64,000 bases of DNA from Mobula birostris (lineage: Eukaryota), in assembly GCF_030028105.1 (NCBI RefSeq), contig NC_092391.1, positions 26,509,223 through 26,573,222 of the forward strand. The letters are read 5' to 3'. Shown here piece after piece: positions 1 through 52,600 of this stretch. A program made the translations under genes and the position numbers. The number at the start of each line of letters is the position of its first letter. Position 1 is the stretch's first letter. Under the pieces are notes generated by a model. It was not told the origin of the DNA. It was given only the letters and a program-made list of their open reading frames with translations, and searched no databases.

Positions 1-214
1 TCCTAGAGCTTCACACACTTTTTCCAACAAACACATGTAATATTGGACCATTTTTCCTCAATAAATAAGGTATAATGCTTTTTGTGTTATTTATTTAGTT
101 GGGTTCACTTTATCTAGTTTTAGGACTTATGTGAAGATCTGATCACATTTTAAGTCATATTTATGTAGGAAGAGAGTAAATTCTAAAGGGTTCACAAACT
201 TTCGAGTAGCACTG
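1..214. mobile_element. End of a Tc1/mariner DNA transposon
   Basis: AT-rich tract ending ...ggttcacaaactttcgagtagcactg followed by TA, typical of a Tc1 terminal repeat; other end outside the window. Confidence 0.55.
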
Positions 215-1431
215 TATATGAATCAGCAACAGACAATGTGGTAGGAAGCTAAATTAGCCCAAAAGCCTATGCTTGATCTTTCAAAGAGCCATGTTATTAA
301 AGCAAATTAAGGTTAAACTGTAAATGTTTGGAAATCTGAAATGGCAAAAAACTCAGCAGGTCAGGCAGCGTCTCTGGAAAGAGAAATAGTCTCCATTCTA
401 TGTCAGGACCCTTCATCAAAATTGCGAAAGAGAAATCAAGTTAGCTTTTGACACCAGGGTAGATGGAGGAGGGGGAAAAGGTGGAATGAAAGGAATATCA
501 ATGATAGGCATGATAGGCTGACTTAATGTCACAGATAATATTAGCCCTATTAGAAATAATCTATATGTTGCGCCCCTCCACTTCCGCTGTCAGAACTTGT
601 TTTTGCTTTTCCACCAGTTCTGATGAAGGGTCACAGACTGGGAAGTGCTAACCGGTTCTCTTTCCACAGATGCTGTCCAGCTTGCTGAGCATTTCTAGCA
701 TCTTGTGTTTTATTTATGATATTGAATATTACTGTTTCTTCCCAATGCCCTTGGAAATTTCTCAAGACCATAATCAAAAGTTTGTACTAAAACTATTTTA
801 CCACTCCTTTGTAGCTCAAGGCATAATGTGCCACAAAAATCAGTTCTACTACTGATTATATTAAGTTTAACAAGTCTTCTTGCTATAGACACAGTCTCAC
901 ATTACTTCCTCAAAATCTTGCATGACTGAACACTTCTAACAAATCTTCCTTTAAGCCCCCCTGCTCTAAGGAGTGCATTGCTGGTTCTCAAAACTCACTA
1001 CAGATTATGATACAATTCCAGTAAATCTCTGAACCTCTTGGATTCAAGAGTATCCAGGGAGAAAGGCAAGCTGCTGACAATTCATCACAGTGGCCCAAAG
1101 CTAGTCAGGAAAAATATCTGATCACATCAGGCCCTTACCCTTCATTTCAATCACAATTTGTTAGCTATGATACGTATTGATCTTACAGGAATCAAAAGGT
1201 TTATGTCTCAATGCAGGCCCTTCAGCTCAAGATTGATGCTTCTGATGCAATGTTGAGGAAACATTTGTGTTACTACCTTTGAAATAAGGCATTAACTTTA
1301 TTCACAGACTGCCTTTGAACACAAATATACAAGAACTTATGGCAAACCACTATGAAGAACCAAGTTCTCTCAAGTTGACTCAGTAAGCACAAATCACACT
1401 AAAAACAGATTATGAGCACCATATTGCTCAC

Positions 1432-1655
1432 TGCAAAAACACTTTCTATATGTCTATCCTTCAAAAGACTTCTTCGGTTGTGAAAGTGCTTTAGGAGGCC
1501 CCGAGAAGACTTCCTTTTCAAACATATGGTGTCAGCGAGAGGCAAGATCAATGATCCATCTGGTTCCTGCTCCATTCTAATAATGGTTATTGCATCATGT
1601 CTTGTTGTTATCACACTCCTTTCCTCTTTATCATCTAACACAAAAGCTATGTAAT
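1432..1655 (-). CDS. SNAPC4: possible further SNAPC4 exon
   Basis: cttccctgtag acceptor, 224 nt open in the phase left by the 28-nt exon (DYIAFVLDDKEERS...SVFA), donor gtgagc; no recognisable homology. Confidence 0.35.
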
Positions 1656-2198
1656 CTACAGGGAAGAACAAACATATATAAAAAACACCCAGGGCCTACA
1701 GAGAGAAAAAAGTCTCTGGGAAAATTTTCCTGACTTTCAAATAACCATAAGCAGCCACAGGACCTCAGTCACCAGTGACAACTACATCAAACCTCAGGCT
1801 TAGGCTTGGTTTTGACAGAATCTACCACTTCTCACTGCTTCAATTCTCAGATTTGAATCTGCTGCAGAGGAATAATAAATACAAACACATTTCCAATGTA
1901 GAGGGGAACTATTACGCAACCCTTGAAATGCACAAGTAAACAAATGATGAGATAACTACAGGATTGTTTTTAGTTACACAAGAATTATGTGAGCAAGGTT
2001 AGGGATAGGTTGAGAACCGGGAGAATGAAGAGCCTGCCACTGTAGGGTCAGGGTCAGGGTCAGATGCCACACTTTCAACTGAAAAGGGAATGCCTGGGTT
2101 CAAGATCACATGCGGTCACAAGTATCTCCGATCGATAGCCCATTTGAAATGTACAGGCCCATCCAGATGCAGGACTGAGAGAAGGAAAATAAACTGCA

Positions 2199-2262
2199 GG
2201 TATATACAATTATAAATCAAAGGTATACACAATTATAAACTACCAGCATATACAATTAAACT
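2199..2262. repeat. Short tandem duplication, about 23-25 bp x 3
   Basis: ggtatatacaattataaa / ggtatacacaattataaa / catatacaattaaa. Confidence 0.6.
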
Positions 2263-2304
2263 TTGGCAAAGATTTATAGATGTCATTGAATTATTACACC
2301 ATAC

Positions 2305-40158
<37,854 letters not shown>

Positions 40159-43100
40159 CGCTGTAGATATAGAATGCTGGACGGACCTCGTGGTTTCGGC
40201 ACAAAGTCAAAGTACGAACTGATAGCGATGCTGAGGACCCACACCTCCCTCAGCAACCATTTCGTGAGCACGACACCTGGTGAATGCTAAGTTCCGGTTC
40301 CGGTTCAATCCTAAACTCCTCCCCCGTCCGTTCAAACTCTCCCATCCCCCTCGCACAGTTATCTTCCACCCGTCGTCACTGTTCATCGGAACTACTTCTG
40401 TCTTCCATTCCCATTTGGATCTTACACCCCAATCCAACATACCCCGTCACCCACTCAGTTCTCTCAGATGACCTCCATCATCAAAGTAAACTCCTTGTGG
40501 AGTAAACCACTGCTTCAAATTTCCATCTCTGAACTCGACCCCACTCCATTCACACCCCATCACTTTTTCCAGTTCAAACGCCCATTCACACAAGCTTCAA
40601 AGTGCATTCCATAAACTCACACGACTCAGCCTGTACCTACTAGTGCCCACATATACTTCAAAACCTACCCGTCATCATCAAGTGCCCTCATTGAACCCAA
40701 TGCACTTGTCAAGTAAGTGTGCCCAAACCCCAGATATCGAAGTTGAATTTTCAACCATCAGCTGCTGGAACTTCAAGTGGCCATAAAATTGCTAGGTGGT
40801 TGTAGACGCACAAGTTGTTTTCTAATACTTCCTTACGAAAGCCTTTTGGTTTTAGTTTAGAAATTTACAAGATGAAAATACAGCACCCCCTTCGTCCTGC
40901 TTTGAACTATGCACGAATCTGGAGCCAGATTTGACCTTGCCCATATTCTGTAATTCATACAGGAAATTCTGCCCAACAGATCACAAGAAAGGGCAAGTTT
41001 TACAGATAAGTAAAACTCCAGGGGAATAATTTTAATATTCCCAATTATAATAGTTTCATGTGACTACAGAACTACTCTGCTAACTTCATGATATAAGGGT
41101 ACATTGAAATAAAAATGTGATTCCATGAGGAATGAACTAAGAATAATAAAACCCAAGGATTTCTATAATTCAAGGAGTTGATAATTTATTTCTGATATAT
41201 ACACAAGTTATAAATTATTTCAATCATTCCAGTATATTATACAAAAACTTAAATAGACATCTCAATGTTAAAAATATAGTTTCTTCAAACCCAGTTTAGT
41301 AAGGAAGAACTAACAAATCCATTATCTTCTAATTCTATACTACAAGGCAAATAGTTCATAGTTCCCTCTCAGAGGTGGCCCCCACCCCAAGCCTGCTATA
41401 TCTATTATCACCTGAGCACAGAGTAAACAACTCTTTCAACCTCACCCCACCCCCACTTCCTCTTGAAACACCTTGAATATGTGAACATCTTTTATCCATG
41501 CTTTATCTTTGCAGCAAAATAACACATTTACACTCTGTCCCAGTACCAAAATAGTTCTGATCCAAGTTCCAAAATGTTCCACTGCTTCCTCCATGATGTG
41601 TCTGCAGCCCTTAACACAAATTGCATAATTCTCTTCCAATCATCTAGACCAGACCAAACTCATCTGGTTCCATTCTTATTCATTCTGTGGTGGCTAGAGT
41701 TTGCAATCTTTTCCCATCATACTCTCATGCAATTACCTTTAAGATTCCTCTAAGCTCTTGTTTCTCACAGTGAGGTTGCCCTTCAGCAGCAACATCTGAA
41801 AACACAACTTCTGTTTCTACAAACCCTAATAATACTTTGATTTACCTCACCATGTCTTATTACTTAAACTGTTAGTGTGCTTCTCCATATACTTAGCACT
41901 GGATAATCAGAAATTTATCCTATCTAATACTAGCAGTATTAAATCCCAATACAAACTGTTCACCAGCCACCAATTCCATCCTCTTCCAAGCAACACTCTG
42001 ATGCTAAATCAAAATGTTTGTAAACTTGCTTACATCCATTCAATCATTAAGATATCCATATCAGTAAAATTAGCTGACTTTGTTTGGTTTAGTGTAATTG
42101 TTGCTGTAAACTTTCTTTATGTCCTGTTGCCTGAGTGCTCCCAATTTTACTTGTATGACTTCAACTGTCAACACTCAAAGCTCTGAATTCTATCCCTAAA
42201 CTTCTCTCTTTCCTCTTCTAAGATACTCCTTAAAATTAGAATTTGGATTAAACTGTGGGTTTCTGCACCAAGGTGCCCTGGTGTTAAAGTATCAAGTCAT
42301 AACAATTCATTGAAATAATCTGGTTGATTTAGAGTATATACCAAAAACACACACAAATACAAGATTGTTGTTGTCATTCCTTGTATGAAAACACTTATTT
42401 ACCACAAGCATGCTGGGTTAAAAGTGTCTTAAGTTACACAGACGTATTTCAAAGAATATTCTTGTAAATTTTCAGTTTAGAAAATCAATGGCAATCTAAA
42501 TTATCTATTATGGGAAGGATAGGAAAATCCTTTTACTTTAATGGGAAGCCCAGAATATGGGTATAACCTTAAAATGAAAGCAGGGTAATTCAGATTTAAA
42601 ATCAAAAAACAATCTTCATATTGACAATAGAATTCTTCTGTTCCCTAATAAAGCTCCTAAGACAGCGCTCCAATTGGACATCTCAAAACTGAGATGTTTG
42701 CGAAGTAACTGTATTTAGTGATAGGGAATCAAGGCAGGTAAACTAATTTAAGACAATGTTTTAAATGCCTAGCAGCAAGGGGTTGAAGGTATTTGCACAA
42801 TGCTGGATAATCACCTTTATAATAGTTTTATTTGACTGTGCAGCCATGTTCCTGCCGGGATCACTAAGTTTAGAGCAGGAGTGAAGGTTATTCTGGGCTA
42901 ATCCTTCCACCACTGCCACTGGCAGCTGAAGTGGGTGAGTCACCAATGGTACACTGGTGCTGCTGCAGCCAGGGATCAATGTTTGAGAGCTTTCTGATAA
43001 ATGCAAACACTGAACTTTTGAAAAGTAGGAGAAACTTTAAACGAAGAGGATCATCATAGTTTACACTACACTGCATGAGGTAGTGGATTGAGTGAAGAAC

Positions 43101-43529
43101 AGGGAAAAAGTGAACTGCAAGAAGTTAGGTGAAGGGCAAGGGGCCTGCACCTCCATAATTTAAAAAACTGCATTTAAAACACAAACTTTAAAAGTGTTGG
43201 GGGCAGTTTTTTCCTGAGAGGATGATAAACAGAATTTATAATCTACTCACTAATGTTGTAGGTGGATAAAAAAAATGTTTACATCATTCTTTTCATTTGA
43301 TACACATAAGGTATTGTAGGTAAAATGAACACATGGGATCCAACTAAACAAAAGAAGACATTCAGGAACAATTCAAGCATAAAACAGGCCTTTTCTGGAG
43401 TCGTGCATTTGCAGCTTTACTCTGTACCATGGGCAGTGGAGATCGATCAGGCCCAAAGTATCATGTTAATAAATACTTTGCAGGTAATGTTCATACTGCA
43501 GTGGGTGGAGCTAAATGAAGTTAACGACA

Positions 43530-43638
43530 TCAGCTAGGATCTTCCATTTTGTAGTAAGGTGGTAGCTCACAGATTTTGTCAATGGACTTCAGTAGATCAG
43601 CTGCTAGGCGTAACGTTTCTGCTCCAGACATGATCCGC
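43530..43638 (-). CDS. ENTR1: ENTR1 last coding exon
   Basis: RIMSGAETLRLAADLLKSIDKICELPPYYKMEDPS then TGA. Confidence 0.93.
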
Positions 43639-46600
43639 CTAAAAGTAAAAGGGATAAAAACAGACATATGAAGGCACAGTGTGCAAGCTTGGCAAATTTT
43701 ACATTGTTAATAATATTGATTTTCTATGAGCTGCATTGATATAAATCTTAGAAAAAGTCTTTGTAACATTGATTTTTTATTTGAATCTGCACAACACTCC
43801 AATTCTGAAAAAAAGCCTAAGAAAATGCAGGAAACATTCATCAGATCAGGAGGAGAAGAGAAACTGGGTTATCTCTTCACGTTGAAGGCCTTTATGCGAT
43901 CCTCCTCGCCTAGGGTGAATCTGTTCACTCCTCAAGTTAATAAGTCATAATTAGGTGCGGCGAGGTCAGAGGCCAAAAAGGCCTCTCCTAACTGTATAAC
44001 TGGGCATACCTTGACCTATAGCGTTCAGGGCCAGATTGATTTTGTTCCTTAATGGCAAAGTTAAGATTTCATCTCCAGAATATTCCTGTGGTCTGAACAT
44101 GGGAGGATGGAGATGATAAGAGTTAGTAAACTCAAGGAGACACTTTGTTGAGAAATGGATGAAATATGTGTGTCTGAGAAATTAGTAAAGTTATAAAAGA
44201 TTTTGGATAGGATACAAAATGAACAAAGGTGCTTCTCTTTCCTAATCCCTGATCCCCTTCACTCCAAATCTTTCCCTTTCCTCCAGTGTCTCCAATATTT
44301 CTTTTTTTCTGAAGCATTTGCTGTCTTCTTAGGAAGAGCAAGCTGTCAGATGCATACTTCACTGAGGTCTCAGCTTCATGTGCAGTCTTCACTAAATAGT
44401 CCGAAGCGAGTCGGGCACTATTTTTTGCTGAAATTAGAGCAGCAGTATCTTGAGATCGAAGCCTTTCATTTTCAGACTTGCATTGTTGTAGTTCAGCCTG
44501 TCACAATGAAACAAAGGCACGTCATGATCCACATACAGAGTAGAGTGAAGGTGGGATGGGAAGTGACAAGGAGAAAGAGATAAGTGAGAAAAAAAAGGGT
44601 TGAATGGGAGAGGAGAGAGAGAAATAGCAAGAGGAGAGACAATTATAAAATAAACACTCTACCTGTACAAGTGTAAGTTCTTGCCTCAGCTTAGTCACCG
44701 TGTTCTCCGCTTTCACCGCCCGTTTCTGAAATAAATTAATAAATGCAAAGACTTGGTACCAACCCACTTACTTCAGTGCTGTTTTTTCCCTTACAAATGT
44801 ATTTAACAAACAATCTGAAAAACGCATCAGCGAATGGGAATGTGAACTGGGAATAGTTACAATTTCCATCCAGGATCGGAGCCCCATCCAACCCTGAGCT
44901 GGAAGTACGTGCTGCCACATTGTCCAGGCCAAACTCCCAGCCACAATAACGAGATAAATTCTCTCTACTGGCTTTTGAAACCAGAAGTGCAACTGAGGCT
45001 GGAAAATTCAACTGGGTTTCCACTGTACTAGCAGGGACAGTGTTGAGTGGGTCCTGCCCTCTCCCGCAGAGACCTGTTCTCACCGTCATCAGTTGCAGGT
45101 TCTCTTCTACTTGCTGAACCATTGCTTCTAATGCTCGTGCTTCCTTTTCCTCTTTAATTTTCCTTCTGTCCAGTTCTTCTTCCAATGTCCTAGTCCTAGG
45201 GAAATGGCCAGTGAACGTTTAGTGTTACAGCATATCAGGAGTTGTTTCATCAATGTCTCTATTTGTAATTCTCCAGAACAGCAATGCAAAATGTCCCTTT
45301 TCATACACCACCTATTTTTCCTCACTACTTTGATGAGGCACATGGTCTTCTAACACCAATCATCATCTTGATATTAGTGATTTAATTATGATATCTTTTG
45401 TTTTACAGCTGAAGCACTACAGAGCTTTACTCATGAGGTCAAGGATAAATCTGAACCTGAGCTGCAGAGGTGAAAGGTCAGTGTCCAAGCCCTTCCGTCC
45501 AATCTGTAACAGTTCAAGGAAGGGAAGAGGAATACAATAGTGTTGAAGTTAAATTGAAGCTAAATATGCAAAATTTGATCCCAGAATCTAGCTACTGTTG
45601 ATTGGCCCAAAAAAAATCCCAATTTCACTGGAAAAGCTGGCCAACTGTCACCATTTTGACTCTGTTCAGGTAAACAATGTCGATTTGAACTATATGTACT
45701 GAGTTCATTCAAGAGCTGGAAAGTAGCTTTTCAATAAAATTGAGAAGACAAAGAAAACAGAAACAGCCGATTGTTGCTGGTAGTAGTGCATTTCCTATTC
45801 ATACTGCCTTTCCTTTTGATCTTTACAAAACTACTACACTACATGCTTCATACCTCTTTATGTGGTTTTTTGCCAGTTGCTTTGCTTCTTTAGTTTGTCT
45901 CCGTAAAAGAGCATTTTCTTCTTTCAGCTAAAAGAGAAATGAGGATTATTTCCAATAAATTTCAGCTACTGGTACCTCTGCTGATGTCTCCACCTCTGCT
46001 ACTGCCAGACTCAATCATTTCAGTGCAAACTTGGAAAGTTTTGCATCTTCTACCCACCTCATCCAGAAGTATGCTGCCTGTGTCCTAACTCACACCCAAT
46101 CCTGTTTATTCATCCTCCATTTTGTTTGCTGAGATACGGTACCTCCTTGTCCAGCCACATTTCAATTTATAGTTCTCAACCTCAAGTTGAAATCCCTAGA
46201 TACCTTTACTATTCAATATCCCTAAAGTCTCCTCTACTCCTAGAACATCATCCTCAGTCTCCAATCCTCTAGCTAAACAGTGGTGTCAAGAAAACAACCT
46301 TTCCCTCAATGTTGCAAAAACAAAGGAGCTGGTTGTGGATTACAGGAGGAATGGAGACAGGCTGGCCCTTACTTACATCAATAGATCTGGGGTTGGAAGG
46401 GTGAACAGCTTTTTGGCATAAACATCACCGAGGATCTCATGTGGTCTGTACATAACTGGCTGTGTGGTGAAAAACGCACGACAGCGCCTTCTTCAGATGG
46501 TTGAAGAAGTTTGGTGTGGGCCCCCAAATCCTAAGAATTTTCTACAGGGGCACAATTGAGAGCATCCTGACTGGCTGCATCACTGCCTGGTATGGGAACT

Positions 46601-49600
46601 GTACCTCCCTCAATCGCAGGACTCTGCAGAGAGTGGTGCGGACAGCTAGCGCATCTGCAAATGTGAACTTCCCACTATTCAGGTCATTTACAAGGACAGG
46701 TGTGTAAAAAGGGCACAAAGGATCATTGGGGACCTGAGTCACCCCAACCACAAACTGTTGCAGCTGCTACCATCCGGGAAACGGTACCGCAGCATAAAAG
46801 CCAGGACCAACAGACTCCAGGACAGCTTCTTCCACCAGGCGACCAGACTGATTAACTCATGCTGACGCAACTGTATTTCTATGTTATATTGATTGTCCTG
46901 TTGTACATACTATTTGTAATAAATTACTATATATCGCACATTGCACATTTAGACGGAGATGTAACATAAAGATTTTTACTCCTCATGTATATGCGAAAGT
47001 AATAAAGTCAATTCAATTCATTCATACAATACACTAAATGAACATTAAAATTCCCCTAGAAACATCTCTACCCCTTTTACAACCAATCCAGTGTATCCCA
47101 ATGCTTTAATCTTTCATTATCCCTGCAATATTTTTGAAAGATTTATCCAATTCCTATTACAGGTGTTCATTGACTGATGAACATTCAATTTATGAATTTT
47201 CACTCTAATGCCGTTGACTCTTCACTTATGAAGCTTGTCTTGCAGTAACAAAAAGCTCATCAATGCTCTGTTAAGTATTTTCTGACTTTGTCAGTGTGTC
47301 TGCGCTCTGCTTTTTATCTGAATCCATCAGCATTTATTTAGAAAGACCTTTGTCAGAGCAGTGTAGCAGTTAGGGCGACGCTATTACAGCTCAGCGCATC
47401 GGGGTTCAGAGTTCAATTCTGGTTCCCTCTGTAAGTAAGTTTGCATATTCCTTCCCGCGTGTGCATAGTTTTCCTCCAGGTACTCTGGTTTCCTCCCACA
47501 GTCCAAAGACATGCCGGTTAGTAGGTTAATTGGTGGTTGTAAATTGCCCCATGATTAAGTGAGGATTAGATTGGTGAGTTGCTGGGCGTCACAGCTCAGT
47601 GGGCCGGAAAGGCCTATTCCACGGTGAAACTCAAAAAGACGACTCTGAGAGTCATGACAAGCTGTAAATAGAAGCTAGACATAATAGGTAGAATTGAAAA
47701 TCAAGTATTTAGTGCACATCAGCCAGTCAGTTAACTTGCAGTATCAGTAGTGTGAACAATCCTTAAAAATGCAGACAAAATAAATGTTAGTGCCCAAATA
47801 TTAACCCTTGAAGTATAGTGGATTCTGGTTAATTGGGACACATAGGCACCAGTACATTTTGGCCCAACTAAGTGAGAAATAAGCAGTAAAATAATTCAAT
47901 CTTTAAGATAATGTCTTTTTTGAGACATTGTAAGTGTTGTTACTTCAATGTACTCATGTTATTTTTCCTGTATAATATAACAATAAGAAGATTTCAAAAG
48001 AAAGAAAGATAATTCAGAACTGTATTGCTCACTGCAGACTCAAGCATTTAGACTTGGTGATGCCAGAAAAGATTTCACTACTTCAAAAAGTTAGGAACTA
48101 AAAATGTGAAGATATCAACAATCATCTGGAACTGCAATTGGAGATTCGGGGGATGCAATTGTAGTAAGAATCCTAAAATGCTAGCCAGAGAGAACAAGGA
48201 ACAATTGCTGGGATCAAATGTGTGATGTGCGGGGGAAGGGTGACCTGGGTGCTAGGTGACCAAAGTACTGTCTCTGCAGACCTGAGCCTGTAGTGCCCGA
48301 GGCAATAGTCACGTGATAGGTCCACTGGACAAAGGATCGACTCAGGTAGGGGTGGAGAGAAGTGACCAGGGTATAAAAAAATGAGCACACTGATGGCGAG
48401 GTCTCTTGGATATCGGCTCACCACAGGTTAAGTTTCTCTACTTTCACGGAAGGCTGAGAAAAGTCCATCTCCCACCCCCCATCCTCACCGCATTCTACAG
48501 AGGATGTATCGAGAGCATCCTGGGCAGCTGCATCACGGCCTGGTTCGGGAATTGCACCGCCTCGGATTGCAAAGACCCTGCAGTGGATAGTGGGGTCAGT
48601 TGAGAAAATCATCAGGGTCTCTCTTCCCGCTATTACAGACATTTACACCACACGCTGCACCCGCAAAGCTAACAGTATTATGAAGGACCCCACACACTCC
48701 TCACACAAACTCTTCTCCCTCCTGCCATCTGGAAAAAGGTACTGAAGCATTCGGGCTCTCACGACCAGACTGTGCAACAGTTTCTTCCCCCAAGCCATCA
48801 GACTCCTCAATACTCAGAGCCTAGACTGACATCTACATTATTTATTATATTGTAATCTGTCCTCTACTGTGCCTATTGTCTTGTTTATTATTTATTGTAC
48901 TGCCCTGCACTGTTTTGTGCACTTTATGTAGTCCTGTGCAGGTCTGTAGTCTAGTGTAGTTTTTATGTTGTTTTACATGATCTAGTGTAGCCTTGTGCTG
49001 TCTCACATAGTCTAGTGTAGTTTTGTGTTGTTTCATGTAGCACCATGGTCCTGGAGGAACGTTGTTTCGTTTTTACTGTGTACAATTAAGCAGCTTATGG
49101 TCAAAATGACAATAAACTTACTTGACTGGACTTGAAGTTGTGACTGGCACTGTGGACCGATTGGAACAGGCTCAGACGTGCTTCCGAGATAAGTACCACT
49201 TGGTGCAACTTGCAATAAAGTGTGTTGTGTGCAGCAAGACTTATTTCTATCGGATCTACAAACAGTCCTTAACTCTTGGCACAACAGCGATCATCAATAT
49301 CATTGTATGAAGGCAGTCCATTATTTGCACCAGGTGTCAGAGCTGATTTTGTTCATTTACAGTCAATCAAAAGAACACGGCAACATAAATTACTCCATCA
49401 ATAACTATAAGGAACTAATACACAGTTTTATAGGACTGTAGTAGTATTGGTAGTGTTCTGATTTGCTCTGTATTTCATTTAAATACTTAATTTATTACTC
49501 AGTTAAATGGTAGTTTGTCCTTTTTTTGCCTTTTCAACTACTTCCCTGAAACTTTGGCAAATTGGGACGAACACCAAGTATCAGTGACAAGAGTCAGTGC

Positions 49601-52600
49601 TTTTTGAACAGAACCACAGGAAACTCATGCTATTTAAAAACTATTCGCTCTAAGCACAGTGTAGTATCTAAAAGCCACACAAACACACTTAACTGATGCT
49701 AGTTAGAAACTGTTCGGCAACACCTCCTGCCCCAATTAAGCAGCACAGCGTCCCAAAATAAACAAAGAGCGTCCTGGATATTTTCTCGATTGATTTTTGA
49801 TCTTTAAGGGTTATCCCAAATAAGTGGCCCCCCTAAATAACCGATCGCTCAATTAACCGGGTCTTTGATTCTTGAGCTCCAGAACTCAATTAGAAACTAA
49901 TGGAAAACTCAGAGTAAAACTAATGGGAAATGGCTTTTAATTTACAAAATTTCACTGAATGAAACACTCTAACTACAAAACAAGGAATATCTGTTCTACT
50001 AACCCTAATTGGCAGTACGCTTTAACCATTCCCTGTAAGAAAAAAAACCCCTTCCATCCCCTCAACACTTCTCACCCATCACTTCAAATCTTTTCCACTC
50101 AGCCATTTCTTTGTATTGTGAATTGTTTCTTTAAGGCCTTCTTTGCTCTAAGCAGAGCGCACCCAGCTTTTCCCATCCATCCAGGTAATTGTATTCCTCA
50201 TTCTTGGAACCTGCTAGCAAATTTCCTCTGTACTTCTCCAAAGCTCTCACGGCCTTCTTAAATTGGTGCTTTAATGAGACCCAAGGTGAGGGGGTGGGGT
50301 GGTGTTGGGGGAACCAGTATTTTGTAAGGATTTGACCTTACCTTCTCATTGCTTAGTAACTGACTTTGATAGAGAACCTCCCCGACCAAGTCAAAGTGAT
50401 CCTTTGGAGGGTCATGGCTATCGCAAGAGGGGTCCATTTGTGAGGCTGCGTTCCCTTTGCAATGATCCTCTTCTTCCTCCTCCTGGTCGTCGTCCACTTG
50501 CCACTCGGATGGTGCATACTGGGCACTGTCATGATGCAACAGGTCAGCAGGGCTCAGTGCAAGTGGGGTGTTGGACATCTCGTGGAGAAAGTTAGAGAAA
50601 CCACACTCATGAGCAGCCTCAATAACGGCAGGCTGGTACGTTTCACTCCAGTCGTCGTCCTCTTCATCCAGTGAAGGACTGTTGGGCATCGGATCTGGGA
50701 GGTAACTCTCTGGAAAACTCAGCTTCAAGTTCAATTCTTCGGCTGCGGACAGATCGTCTTCAAAGGCAATTCCGAGGGAGTCCTGTGGTGGAAGGTTTGT
50801 GTGAGGAAAGGCAGGGGACAGTGGGTGTGGGAGGAGGGAGGAGTTGGTAGAAATCGAACGGGTAAGAAATACATTGTTAGTGGAACTGCTAGGAAACAGA
50901 ATGGCTGCATGCATGGTGCCATTAAAGTAACAGAATATACAACTGAGGAGTATACAAATTAGTTGTGTATATTGTTTAAGGAAACTAGGGGAATGATTGG
51001 TCTTGTAGCTCAGTTTAACAAGACAGCCATTGCAGAATGAAAGTCATTTTAATGATCATAGGAAAGTGAATGAGAATCAAGCCCTGCAGCAGCATACACA
51101 ACACTTATCTGGCATGCATTAGCTATTTGAGAGAATTATCTAATTTCCTCCTTTCCCTTACTCTTTCCCATAACCCTTGAAATATTTTTCTTCAAATATT
51201 TATGACATTTCATTTCTTTCTTTCAAATCTCCTTGTCCAAACCCTTTGAAAGCTGTTCTGTAAACTACCAATTTTCATTATTCTCCCACCGATGGTCTTG
51301 CTGTCAGCTGCCTAGGCCCCAAGACCTGAAACTTCCTTTCTAACATATGCTACCAACCTCTAAAAGAACTGATACCATCTCAAAGCTTTAGACTGATTGA
51401 GCAAGTGGACAAAAACATGGCGGATAAGTATACAATATTTCATTGTGAAATTACGGTAGGGAAAAAAACTGAAAGGAAATGTATTATTTAAATGGAATTA
51501 GAGTGGTAAGTGTTGATGTAGAAAGAGATTTGAATGTCCTTGTACTTCAGTCACTGGAAACAAACATGATATTGCAACAAGCAGTTGAAGAGAGTAAATA
51601 TCCACCTCGCAGACAATCAACACTGGCGCACCACAGGGATGTGTGCTTAGCCACACAGCTACACCCGTGACTGTGTGGCTAGGAACAGTTTAAATGCCAT
51701 CGATATATTTGCTGACAAACAGCTATTGTTGGCAGAATTTCAGATGGTGCTGAGAAGGCATACAGGAGTGAGATATATCAGCTGGTTGAGTGGTGTCGCA
51801 GCAACAACCTAGCACTCAATGTCAGTTAGACCAAAGAATTGATTGTGGACTTCAGAAAGGGTAAGATGAGGGAACACACACCTGTCCTCACAGAGGGATC
51901 AGAAATGTCAAGTTCCTGGATGTCAACATCTCTGAGGATTTATCCTGGGCCCAAAATATCAACACAGCTACAAAAAAGGCACAACAGCAGTTATATTTCA
52001 TTAGGACTTTGAGGAGATTTGGTATGTCACGAAAAACACTCACAAATTTCTACAGATGCGTTCTAACTGGCTGCGTCACCATCTGGTATGGGGGGGATTA
52101 TTGCACAGGATCAAAAGAATTTGCAGAAAGTTGTGATTTTAGTCAGTTCCATCATGGGTACTAGCCTCCACAGTATCCAGGTCAAGGAGCAATGCCTCAA
52201 AAACACCATCATTAAGGACATGCCCTGTTCACATTTTCTACCAGCAGGAAGGAGGTACAGGAGCCTGAAGGCACACACTTAGTGATTCAGGAACAACTTC
52301 TTCCCTTTTGTCATTTGATTTCTGAATGGACATTGAACCCATGAACACTAACCCACTACTTTTTAAAAAAAAATTTCATAACATATGCCAGTGATATTAA
52401 ACCTCATTCTGAAAGCATGTTGGCCTTCAGTGAGTTTTGGTCTCCTTATCTTAGAGTAAATAACATTTTACCATTTGAGAGATTGGAGCAAAGATTCATC
52501 AGACCGATTCCAGGGATGCCAGAACTGCTATATTAGAGAGTAAATCAACCACTGTATGCATTCACTGGAACTTCAAAAAGGGATCAACTTAGAAAATTCT

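Noticed and set aside
1790-1866. Possible SNAPC4 exon encoding KTKPKPE on the minus strand
   Set aside because: In-frame stops lie between the nearest acceptor and the motif.
2044-2063. (AGGGTC)3 repeat resembling nuclear-receptor direct repeats
   Set aside because: A short intronic microsatellite with no supporting context; expected by chance or slippage.
48945-49035. Regularly spaced ~30-bp repeats resembling a CRISPR array
   Set aside because: The units are degenerate tandem copies without unique spacers, lie in a LINE 3' UTR, and the DNA is vertebrate with no cas genes.
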